DNA from: Nitrososphaerota archaeon
GTDB taxonomy: Archaea > Thermoproteota > Nitrososphaeria > PSMU01
Direction of reading: 5' to 3'
Assembly: GCA_040290255.1 (NCBI GenBank)
Contig: PSMU01000001.1
Coordinates: 320,001 to 384,000 of the forward strand
DNA length: 64,000 bases
Shown: one piece after another, positions 56,038 through 64,000 of the stretch
How the letters are laid out: each line of letters opens with the position of its first letter
Numbering within the stretch: position 1 is the stretch's first letter
The notes under the pieces: generated by a model
Databases searched by the model: none
Told to the model about the DNA's origin: nothing
What the model saw: only the letters and a program-made list of their open reading frames with translations
Position numbers and translations under genes: made by a program

Positions 56038-58572
56038 ATGTTCGAGGGCGGGGGAACGGTCGCGGCGAAGCTCCGGCAGCTCACCGCCCATACGAGCAAC
56101 CTCCCGCCCTCCATGCTCGTCTCCGCCACCTATAACGGCGAGCAGGCCGTGGCCGTGCTGAAGTTCTACGAGCCCTCGGGCCAGCGCATCTATCTCTGGT
56201 ACGACAGGACGGGGCACAGGCCCTATTGCTATACGCTGCTGGGCCTTGAGGAAACCAGGGCCCGGCTCAGGGGCTTCATGGACCTGAGGTTCCAGGAGGA
56301 GGAGAAGTATGACCTGCTGGAGGATAGGCCCAGGAGGGTCACGAAGATCGTCGCGCCCGACCCGCTCACCATAGGCGGGGGCAAGAAGTCCGTCAGGAAC
56401 GATATAGAGGCCTGGGAGGCCGACATAAAGTACTATGAAAACTACCTGTATGATAATAACCTGCACGTGGGCGCCTTCTACCGCATCGTCGACGACGTGA
56501 TCCAGCCCGTGCCCTATGAGCTGCCGCAGGAGGTCGGCAGGGTGCTCGAGGAGCTGCTGCAGGAGAACGAGAGGGAGCTGAGGGACTACATCAAGGAGTG
56601 GGCGGTGCTGCTCAACCAGCCCCTGCTGAACTTCAAGAGGCTGGCCCTCGATATAGAGGTGGATGCCGGCGGCCTGAACCGCGTGCCCGACACGGCCGAG
56701 GCCAAGGAGAGGGTGCTGGCGATAGGGCTGGTGGGCAGCGATGGCAGAAAGGAGGTGCTGCTGCTCAGGAGGGAGAGGCCGCTGGGCGAGAAGGGCGGGC
56801 TGGAGGCCAGCGTCATCCCCTTCGAGGACGAGCGCGAGATGCTGCTCTCGGCCTTCGAGAGGATGATGGAGTACCCCTTCGTGGTCACGTTCAACGGCGA
56901 TGACTTCGACCTCAACTACCTGTACCACAGGGCGCTCAGGCTGGGCATTCACAGGGAGGCGATCCCCATCACGATGGGCCGCGACTATGCCGCGCTGGCG
57001 CACGGCGTGCACATAGACCTCTACCGCACCTTCGTCAACAGGTCCATCCAGAACTACGCCTTCGGCAGGAGGTACACGGAGCACACGCTGGAGGGCGTGG
57101 CGGAGGGGCTGCTGGGCGAGGGGAAGCTGGAGTATGAGGGGCGCCTGGAGGATCTCCCGCTGCTCTCGCTCGCCCAGTACTGCTACAGGGATGCCCAGCT
57201 CACGTACCAGCTGACCTCCTTCGACGATGAGGTGCTGCTGAAGCTGCTGACGGTCATCGCGAGGATAGCGAAGCTGCCCATCGATGACGTGGCCCGGCTG
57301 GGCGTCTCGCAGTGGATAAGGAGCATGATGTACATGGCGCACAGGCGCCAGGGCTACCTGATACCCAGGAAGGACGATTTGGCCAGGAAGGGGGGCGCCT
57401 CGTCGGAGGCCGTCATCAGGGGCAAGAAGTACAAGGGCGCGCTGGTGGTGGAGCCCAAGTCCGGCGTGCACTTCAACGTAAAGGTGCTGGACTTCGCCTC
57501 GCTGTACCCCAGCATCATCAAGGTCTTCAACCTCTCATATGAAACGGTGCGCTGTCCCCATCCCGAGTGCAGGGCCAACGTCATCCACGAGACCGACCAC
57601 TGGGTCTGCACCAAAAGGAGGGGCATCACCTCGCTGCTGATCGGCAGCCTGAGGGACCTCAGGGTCAAGTACTACAAGCACCTCGCCAAGAGCCCGGGGC
57701 TCAGCAGGGTGGAGAGGAGCTTTTACTCGGTCATCTCCCAGGGCCTCAAGGTGATCCTGAACGCCGCCTACGGCGTCTTCGGCTTCGAGGAGTTCCCCCT
57801 GTACTGCCTGCCCGTGGCCGATGCCACGGCCGCGATAGGGCGCTACATCATCAGCAGGACGATCGAGCAGTGCGGGACGCTGGGCGTCGAGGTGGTCTAC
57901 GGCGACACCGACAGCCTCTTCATCAAGAGCCCCGCCGAGGAGCCCGTGGAGAGGATCAGGAGCTGGGCCGAGGCGGAGCTGAGGGTCGAGCTGGAGCTGG
58001 ACAAGGTCTACAAGTACGCCGCCTTCAGCGGCAGGAAGAAGAACTACTTCGGCGTGCTGCCCGATGGCTCCGTGGACATAAAGGGCTTGACGGGCAAGAA
58101 GTCCCATACGCCCCTCTTCATAAAGAAGCTCTTCCAGCAGGCCCTGCAGTACTTGGGCGAGGTGAACACGCCCGAGGACTTCATGAAGGCCCGGGAGAGG
58201 ACCAAGGAGCTGCTGCGCGAGGGCTACCTGCAGCTGAAGGAGAGGAAGGTGCCGCTGGAGGAGCTGGCCTTCAGGGTGATGCTGGGCAAGAACCCCGAGG
58301 AGTATGCGGAGACGACGCCCCAGCACATAAAGGCGGCCCGGCTGCTGCAGGAGAGGGGCAAGGAGGTGAAGGCCGGCGACATCATCTACTTCGTGAAGGT
58401 GATGGGCCCGCTGGGCGTAAAGCCCCTGGAGCTCACCAGGAAGGAGGAGGTGGACGTGGACAAGTACGTGGAGTTCCTCAAGGGCACCTTCGAGCAGGTG
58501 CTCGATGCCCTGGGCTATGACTTCGAGGAGCTGATGGGCGCCAGGAGGCTGGAGGAGTTCTTCGTCAGCTAG
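56038..58572 (+). CDS. polB1: Family B DNA polymerase, PolB1 type
   Basis: Exonuclease DIE and FNGDDFD; polymerase DFASLYPS, KVILNAAYG, YGDTDS and KKNY; N-terminal GHRPYC and WEADIKY typical of Dpo1. Confidence 0.95.
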   Translation: MFEGGGTVAAKLRQLTAHTSNLPPSMLVSATYNGEQAVAVLKFYEPSGQRIYLWYDRTGHRPYCYTLLGLEETRARLRGFMDLRFQEEEKYDLLEDRPRRVTKIVAPDPLTIGGGKKSVRNDIEAWEADIKYYENYLYDNNLHVGAFYRIVDDVIQPVPYELPQEVGRVLEELLQENERELRDYIKEWAVLLNQPLLNFKRLALDIEVDAGGLNRVPDTAEAKERVLAIGLVGSDGRKEVLLLRRERPLGEKGGLEASVIPFEDEREMLLSAFERMMEYPFVVTFNGDDFDLNYLYHRALRLGIHREAIPITMGRDYAALAHGVHIDLYRTFVNRSIQNYAFGRRYTEHTLEGVAEGLLGEGKLEYEGRLEDLPLLSLAQYCYRDAQLTYQLTSFDDEVLLKLLTVIARIAKLPIDDVARLGVSQWIRSMMYMAHRRQGYLIPRKDDLARKGGASSEAVIRGKKYKGALVVEPKSGVHFNVKVLDFASLYPSIIKVFNLSYETVRCPHPECRANVIHETDHWVCTKRRGITSLLIGSLRDLRVKYYKHLAKSPGLSRVERSFYSVISQGLKVILNAAYGVFGFEEFPLYCLPVADATAAIGRYIISRTIEQCGTLGVEVVYGDTDSLFIKSPAEEPVERIRSWAEAELRVELELDKVYKYAAFSGRKKNYFGVLPDGSVDIKGLTGKKSHTPLFIKKLFQQALQYLGEVNTPEDFMKARERTKELLREGYLQLKERKVPLEELAFRVMLGKNPEEYAETTPQHIKAARLLQERGKEVKAGDIIYFVKVMGPLGVKPLELTRKEEVDVDKYVEFLKGTFEQVLDALGYDFEELMGARRLEEFFVS

Positions 58573-59791
58573 CGCCCAGGAAGGAGGCCAGGCGGGCCAG
58601 CGCCTCCCTTATCCTTTCAACCCCCTCGCTCACGAAGGTGAGCCTTACATGCCCCGCGCCTGCGGCGCCGAAGTAGTTGCCGGGCACGACGGCCACCTTA
58701 ATGCCCTCCAGCGCCCTGCGGGCGAGCTCCTCCTCGCTGAGCCCCAGCGCCTGGAGATAGCCGCGCAGCTCGACGAAGAAGTAGAAGGCCCCCTCGGGCC
58801 AGGCGAAGCCCGCCTCGGGCAGCAGGCGCTCCAGGGCCCTGCCCATCGCCTCCCTCCTCTCCCTGTAGGCCGGCAGCACCAGCTCCTCTATGTAGCGGTC
58901 CCTGCCCTCCCACGTGTAAAAGGCCAGGGCCAGCGTCTGGCCCAGCAGGCTGGGCATGAGCGTCACCAGCTGCTTCAGCTTCTCGCACCGCTCGATGATG
59001 GGCCTCGGGCCCACCAAGAAGCCTATCCTGGCGCCGGGCGCGTTCAGCTCCTTGGAGGCCGTGAAGCAGGAGAGCGTGCTCTCCTGGGGGCCGTGGGCGA
59101 GGGCATAGGCGTGCTCGCCCTCATACAGGATCCTGCGGTAGGCCTCGTCGCTGAGCAGGAAGAAGCCCCCCTCCTGCGCCAGCTCCGCCAGGGCCCTGAG
59201 CTCCTCCCGCCTCAGGACCCTGCCCGTGGGGTTATCGGGCGAGGCGTAGATGAGCAGCTTCGTCCTCCTGCTCATCCTCTCCTTCACCTCCTCGAGCGGG
59301 AGCCGGTAGCGCCCCTCCCTCCTCATCCTCACGAAGACCGGCCTCGCGCCCGCAAACCTGACCAGGTCCTCGTAGGCCACGTAGGTGGGGTCGAAGAGCA
59401 GCGCCTCATCGCCGGGCTCCAGCAGCACCTGCGTGGCCAGGAAGAGGGCCTCCTGGCTCCCGTCCGTGACGAGCACCTGCTCGGGGCCCACGTCCACATG
59501 GGCCCTCTGCCTTAGGTCCGCCGCGAAGGCCTCCCTGAGCTCATACAGCCCCGCCGTCTCGCCATAGGTGTAGGCGCCCACCCCTCCCTTCCGCAGGTGC
59601 CCAAGCCAGCGCTCGAGCACCTCCTGGGGAGGCGGAAAGCTGGGGGCGCCGCCGCCCAGCGAAATTATCTCGTGCCTGGCCTGGCTCTTCGCGATGAGCC
59701 TGGCGATCTCCCTTATGGGCGAGCCCCTGATCTCATCGACCCTGCTGCGCAGGGCCGGGGGAGGAAACATCGAGCTCGCCCCGTTGGCCAT
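58565..59791 (-). CDS. PLP-dependent aminotransferase class I/II
   Basis: SPIRE, SLGGGAP, PDNPTG, SDEAY, SK...PGARIG and VRLTF. Confidence 0.92.
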   Translation of the reverse strand: MANGASSMFPPPALRSRVDEIRGSPIREIARLIAKSQARHEIISLGGGAPSFPPPQEVLERWLGHLRKGGVGAYTYGETAGLYELREAFAADLRQRAHVDVGPEQVLVTDGSQEALFLATQVLLEPGDEALLFDPTYVAYEDLVRFAGARPVFVRMRREGRYRLPLEEVKERMSRRTKLLIYASPDNPTGRVLRREELRALAELAQEGGFFLLSDEAYRRILYEGEHAYALAHGPQESTLSCFTASKELNAPGARIGFLVGPRPIIERCEKLKQLVTLMPSLLGQTLALAFYTWEGRDRYIEELVLPAYRERREAMGRALERLLPEAGFAWPEGAFYFFVELRGYLQALGLSEEELARRALEGIKVAVVPGNYFGAAGAGHVRLTFVSEGVERIREALARLASFLGAS

Positions 59792-59817
59792 TTATATAAC
59801 TCTATGGCCACCCCCGC

Positions 59818-60663
59818 ATGGGCTACGCGCAGCTCTACCTCTCGGGGGGAGGAGGGGGCTGGGGCAGCGGGCCCGGGCTCAGGTTCTTCGGGGCGCCCTA
59901 CGAGGCCACCACCAGCTTCCGGCCGGGCTGCAGGTTCGGGCCCGCGGCCTTCAGGCAGGCCCTGATGAACGTGGAGGTCTACTCGCCCAGCAGGGACTTC
60001 GACCTGGAGGAGAGGAGCGTCAGGGACCTGGGCGACTTTAGGGCACAGGGCGAGTTCCCTCAGGTGAGGAGGGCGCTCGGGGCGCTCTGCGAGGAACTGC
60101 TGCGAGAGCCGGGGCCCGTCCTCATGGTGGGCGGCGAGCACCTGCTCACGCTCGGCTCCTTCCCGGCCTCGGGCGCCCAGTGCCTGCTGGTCTTCGATGC
60201 GCACCTGGACCTCAGGGAGGAGCTCCATGGGCTCCGGTACAGCCACGCCACCTTCCTCAGGCGGCTGATGGAGGAGGGCGCTGCGCAGCTGGTGCACGTA
60301 GGGGCCAGGGCAGCATCGAGGGCCGAGTGGGAGGAGGCGAGGAGGCTCAGGGCCAGGCTGCACCCCCTTCACGCGCTGGATGCGCGCGCCGCGAAGGAGC
60401 TCAGGGATGAGCTCTCTCCCTTCAGCCGGCTCTACCTCTCCGTGGACCTGGACGTCTTTGACCCCTCGGAGGCGCCGGGGGTGGGCAACCCCGAGGCCGG
60501 GGGCCTGAGGTTCAGGGAGTTCGTGGCCCTGCTCGAGGCCCTGGAGGGAAAGGAGGTGAGGCTCTTCGATATCGTCGAGCTCTGCCCTCCGTATGATGCG
60601 GGCGGCATCACCTCCTGCCTGGCCGCCAAGGTGGCCGTGGAGGTCGCGGCGAGGCTCCTCTAG
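59818..60663 (+). CDS. speB: Agmatinase
   Basis: TSFRPGCRFGP, GGEH, DAHLD, SHAT and DLDVFDPSEAPGVGNPE. Confidence 0.92.
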   Translation: MGYAQLYLSGGGGGWGSGPGLRFFGAPYEATTSFRPGCRFGPAAFRQALMNVEVYSPSRDFDLEERSVRDLGDFRAQGEFPQVRRALGALCEELLREPGPVLMVGGEHLLTLGSFPASGAQCLLVFDAHLDLREELHGLRYSHATFLRRLMEEGAAQLVHVGARAASRAEWEEARRLRARLHPLHALDARAAKELRDELSPFSRLYLSVDLDVFDPSEAPGVGNPEAGGLRFREFVALLEALEGKEVRLFDIVELCPPYDAGGITSCLAAKVAVEVAARLL

Positions 60664-62477
60664 CGAAAGCCGGGGCGCTGTGAGAGCAGCCTGGGCAGCG
60701 CCAGCGGCCTATAGGGCTTGCCCTCGCACTCCCTCCTGATGCGGGCTATCAGCTCCTCCAGCGACATCCTCTCCACCTTCCTCTGGGCCCTGACCCTCAC
60801 GGGCAGGGGCCCCCCGCCCAGCTCCTTCTCGCCCAGCACCACGATGTAGGGGATCCAGGCCACCTCCGCCTCCCTTATCTTCCTGCTCACGCTCCAGTCC
60901 CTGTCGTCCACGTCGGCCCTGATGGAGGCCCCCTCGAGGCTCCTCTGCAGGGCCAGGGCCGCATCGACATAGGGCTGGGAGAGGGGCACGAGCCTGACCT
61001 GCACCGGGCAGATCCATGTGGGCAGCGAGGGCGGCTCCCTCCTGAGGGCGGTGTCGAAGAGCAGGAACAGGAAGCGCTCCAGCGTGCCCAGGGGGGCGCT
61101 GTGCAGTATGACGGGCCTCTTCTCGCTGCCATCCCTGTCCGTGTAGGAGATGCCGAACCGCTCCGCGTTGCCCACGTCTATCTGCACCGTCGCCACCTCC
61201 CTCGGCTCCCCCCTCTCGTCGATGATGTGATACTCTATGTTGAGCACCCAATAGTACCCCGCCTCCTCGGGGTACTCCGCCACGAGCGCGGGCTTCCCCT
61301 CCACCTCCAGCAGCTGCCTGAAGAAGGGCCCCTGCTCCTCCAGCAGGCGCCTGCCCCTGATATTATACAGCGAAACGTACTCCCTGCCCAGCTCCCTGAT
61401 CTGCCCGTAGATGAGCCTGTGCAGGGCCAGGAAGACGCCCTTCGCCTCCTCGAGGTCCCGGCAGAAGACGTGCAGGTCGGGCATGCTCATCTTCCTGACC
61501 CTAAAGCCCAGCAGCAGCTCGCCTGACTGCTCGAGCCTATAGCTGTCGGCGATCTCGAAGGCGCCGAAGGGCAGGTGCCTATAGCTCAGCGTCCAGTCCC
61601 TTATCATGCTGAACTGCTGGAAGCAGGCCGCATACCTGAGCACGTAGCTGCGCGGGCCCACCCTGAGCTGGTACATGCGCTGGCCGAAGAGCTGCGCGTG
61701 CTCCCTTATCGCCTTCTCCTCCAGGCTGAACATGTTCGTGCCCTGCACGAAGTAGACCGGGAAGTCCAGGCGCTGCACCAGCTGGGCCACGTAATCGGCC
61801 GCGAGGGCCAGCATGAGCGCGCCCTCCGGCCCATAGCGCAGGTGGCCCAGGTCCGAGGCCCTCTCCCACGTTATGCCCATCCTGACCATCTGCCTGATGA
61901 ACCTGGGCTCCCTCCCCTCGCCCCTGATGCCCAGCGCCTCGCGCTCCACGAGCCGGCGAAACTCCTCGAGCCCGGCATAGTCGAAGCTCGCTGGGTCGTG
62001 CAGCCGGCCATCGAGGCCTAGGATATAGTAGAGCTTCCTGGGGGCGGCCTGGGCTTGGGTCCCTTCCTCCCCCTCCTCGTAGACCTTGAGCTGCTCGGCC
62101 AGCGGATGCCCCTTCACGCGCAGCGTAAAGCGCTTCGTCCAGCCAAAGGGCGCGAGGGAGGCCTCGACGCCCCTTTCCTCCAGCAGGGCTCGAAGCCGCG
62201 CCAGCTCCCTCTTCGCCTCCTCCGGGGGCGCAAGCCGGTTCGAGAGGTGCGCATAGGGGTACAGCAGCACCCGTGCAGCCTTAAGCTGCTGGGCAAGGCC
62301 CGCCAGGTCGGCCGCGGCCCTGCTTGCGCACCTTTCACCATCGCCCTCCTCCACGCTGATGAAGGCGACGAGCCCCTCCCCCATGCTCCCCCCGCGGGCC
62401 CGCTCCTCGGCCCCGCTCACCTCGGGCGCGAGGGGCTCGTATTCGAAGGCCTCGACGTGAAAGATGAGCAGCCTCAT
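60660..62477 (-). CDS. thrS: Threonine--tRNA ligase (archaeal, with N-terminal editing domain)
   Basis: YPYAHLS, APFGW.K...KGHPLAE, LRYAAC, SYRLEQSGE and MPDLH. Confidence 0.96.
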   Translation of the reverse strand: MRLLIFHVEAFEYEPLAPEVSGAEERARGGSMGEGLVAFISVEEGDGERCASRAAADLAGLAQQLKAARVLLYPYAHLSNRLAPPEEAKRELARLRALLEERGVEASLAPFGWTKRFTLRVKGHPLAEQLKVYEEGEEGTQAQAAPRKLYYILGLDGRLHDPASFDYAGLEEFRRLVEREALGIRGEGREPRFIRQMVRMGITWERASDLGHLRYGPEGALMLALAADYVAQLVQRLDFPVYFVQGTNMFSLEEKAIREHAQLFGQRMYQLRVGPRSYVLRYAACFQQFSMIRDWTLSYRHLPFGAFEIADSYRLEQSGELLLGFRVRKMSMPDLHVFCRDLEEAKGVFLALHRLIYGQIRELGREYVSLYNIRGRRLLEEQGPFFRQLLEVEGKPALVAEYPEEAGYYWVLNIEYHIIDERGEPREVATVQIDVGNAERFGISYTDRDGSEKRPVILHSAPLGTLERFLFLLFDTALRREPPSLPTWICPVQVRLVPLSQPYVDAALALQRSLEGASIRADVDDRDWSVSRKIREAEVAWIPYIVVLGEKELGGGPLPVRVRAQRKVERMSLEELIARIRRECEGKPYRPLALPRLLSQRPGFR

Positions 62478-62689
62478 GCCGGGGCTCCGAACCTCAGCCT
62501 CTCCAGCAGCCTCTCGCCCTTGGTCCTCTTCTTATAGTCCCTATAGTGGGCCCTGCAGAGGCAGCAGCGCGCGCCGGCCTCGGCGAGCACGAGGCCCGCC
62601 GCCCTCACCCGCGCCGAGGGGAGCGAGCGCACGGCCGGCGCGGAGCAGCCCTGCACGGAGCAGGAAGCGCCCTTCGCGACCCTCCCCAC
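62474..62689 (-). CDS. Small conserved Zn-finger protein
   Basis: CSVQGC...LCRAHY.DYKK; overlaps the thrS start. Confidence 0.7.
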   Translation of the reverse strand: MGRVAKGASCSVQGCSAPAVRSLPSARVRAAGLVLAEAGARCCLCRAHYRDYKKRTKGERLLERLRFGAPA

Positions 62690-62746
62690 GGTCGCACCCT
62701 CATCCTTACCCTAAAAAGCCTTAACCCGGGCCGCACAGGGCGGGGC

Positions 62747-63313
62747 TTGCTCAACCGGTTCAGGGAGCTCTTCGCGAGGGCGCTGACGCCCATGGCCCTG
62801 GCGCTGGCGAGGGCGGGCCTGAGGCCGCTTCATGTTACGCTGCTCTCGCTGCTCCTGGCGCTGCTCGCGCTGCCCGCGCTGCTGGGCCTGCTGCGCCCCG
62901 CCCTGCCGCTCGCGGCCCTGCTCCTCCTGGGCTCCGGGCTCCTGGATGCGTTGGACGGCCAGCTCGCCAGGGCGCTGGGCGCGGAGTCAAGGAGGGGGGC
63001 CTTCCTGGATTCCACCTTCGACCGCCTCTCGGAGGGCGCGATCTACATAGGCCTGGCGGCCGGCGGCTGGGTGCCCGCCTACCTGGCCACGCTGGCGCTG
63101 CTGCTCTCGCTCATGGTGAGCTATGTGAGGGCCCGGGCCGAGGGGCTGGGCGTGCAGCTGAAGGGCGTGGGCTTCGCGGAGAGGGCCGAAAGGCTCCTGA
63201 TCCTCTCGCTCTCCCTCCTGCTCGGCTATCCGGCGCCGGGCGCCGTGCTCGTCGCGCTGCTCTCCGCCCTGGCCCTGGCCCAGAGGATATGGGCCGCGCT
63301 AAAACAGCTTTGA
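62747..63313 (+). CDS. CDP-alcohol phosphatidyltransferase (archaetidylinositol-phosphate synthase-like)
   Basis: DALDGQLAR...GAFLDSTFDR, SYVRARAE and GFAERAER. Confidence 0.92.
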   Translation: MLNRFRELFARALTPMALALARAGLRPLHVTLLSLLLALLALPALLGLLRPALPLAALLLLGSGLLDALDGQLARALGAESRRGAFLDSTFDRLSEGAIYIGLAAGGWVPAYLATLALLLSLMVSYVRARAEGLGVQLKGVGFAERAERLLILSLSLLLGYPAPGAVLVALLSALALAQRIWAALKQL

Positions 63314-63586
63314 GGGGAGCCTCCTCTCCTCCTCGGCCCTGACCTTCACCACGCCGAAGTGCACCGCGCAGGAGACGCAGTAATACTTCATGATCGGCAT
63401 GCGGGGCACATAGGCGCCCTTCTCCTTGAGCTCCCTGGCCAGCATCGGGTCCACCGGCGAGACGAAGCTCGTCACCTTCTTGGCCTTATCCCTGGGGATG
63501 AGCGCCCCGCAGTTCGTGCAGTGCACCAGGTCGGACCTGCCCTTGCCTCCCTTAGCCCTTCCCCTGTTCTTCCTCTTCTTTGGCAC
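63299..63586 (-). CDS. rps26e: 30S ribosomal protein S26e
   Basis: PKKRKNRGR, CTNCG..IPRDKAKK and YCVSCAVH..VVKVR. Confidence 0.96.
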   Translation of the reverse strand: MPKKRKNRGRAKGGKGRSDLVHCTNCGALIPRDKAKKVTSFVSPVDPMLARELKEKGAYVPRMPIMKYYCVSCAVHFGVVKVRAEEERRLPSKLF

Positions 63587-63645
63587 GGCCTCAGCTTCTC
63601 GCCGCCGTAAATAAACGTTATTAGACCTGGCCATAACCGCTGCGG

Positions 63646-64000
63646 ATGCCCTACTTCACGCTCGTGGGCCACATCACGCTGGATTACATCTTCCAGGAGG
63701 GGAGGCTGAGGTACAGGGGGCTGGGGGGCCCGCCCTCGTATGCCTCCGCGCTTCTCCAGGCGGAGGGCGAGAGGGCCTACGTGATCACGAAGCATGGGCC
63801 CAGGCCGCCGAAGGAGTGGGCGCTGCTGCTGGCCATGGGCAGGATGGCGCTCGCGCCCGGCTATGAGGAGCCCAGCAGGCCCACCACGAGCTTCAGCCTC
63901 AGCTACAGGAGGGGGCGGCGCAGGGTGAGGCTGCTCGCCTACTGCGCGCCCATCGCGCCCCAGCAGCTCGTGCAGGGGCCCATGGACGTGGCCCTGATAT
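63646..64000 (+). CDS. PfkB-family carbohydrate kinase (3'-truncated)
   Basis: MPYFTLVGHITLD...GLGGPPSY...TTSFSLSY..GRR; open to the window end. Confidence 0.75.
   Translation, partial: MPYFTLVGHITLDYIFQEGRLRYRGLGGPPSYASALLQAEGERAYVITKHGPRPPKEWALLLAMGRMALAPGYEEPSRPTTSFSLSYRRGRRRVRLLAYCAPIAPQQLVQGPMDVALI

Noticed and set aside
55744-57471. 575-aa minus-strand ORF, and similar long antisense ORFs (44603-45865, 40587-41786, 27472-28491, 47707-48777)
   Set aside because: Shadow frames of well-supported genes; stops are rare in high-GC, strongly codon-biased DNA; no motifs
56038-58572. Possible intein or viral/casposon origin of the PolB
   Set aside because: Length and continuous motifs fit a cellular PolB1; no intein, cas1 or terminal repeats seen
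1-64000. tRNA, rRNA, CRISPR, IS or integrase
   Set aside because: No cloverleaf/T-loop signature, spaced direct repeats or transposase motifs recognised by eye; intergenic gaps are mostly too short

Overview
High-GC archaeal chromosome segment from a TACK lineage. PolB1, eS26, eS30, RpoP with a CICG motif, GatDE, SMC/ScpAB and Nop5/fibrillarin point to a deep-branching Nitrososphaerota/'Aigarchaeota'-like organism (inferred). Most of the window is densely packed housekeeping genes: nucleotide synthesis (purA, pyrC, pyrG, pyrD/K), a CoA operon (pok-pps-panB-panE-coaBC), smc-scpA-scpB, an rps8e-srp19-gar1-tfb-rlmE block, RNA modification genes, three aminoacyl-tRNA synthetases and polB1. I recognised no tRNA, rRNA, CRISPR array or transposase. 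The main anomaly is a compositionally distinct, translationally coupled five-gene operon at about 52.3-55.3 kb: three paralogous small secreted beta-rich proteins, a dedicated SipW-type signal peptidase and a membrane-anchored repeat protein. It looks like an uncharacterised SipW/TasA-style archaeal surface-fibre system. Other points of interest are a trio of related winged-helix proteins next to a stand-alone NurA-HerA pair, eukaryote-like eL22 and EMC6-type small proteins, a ThiI with a degenerate PP-loop, and palindromic candidate operators. All assignments come from motif recognition by eye; no searches were run.
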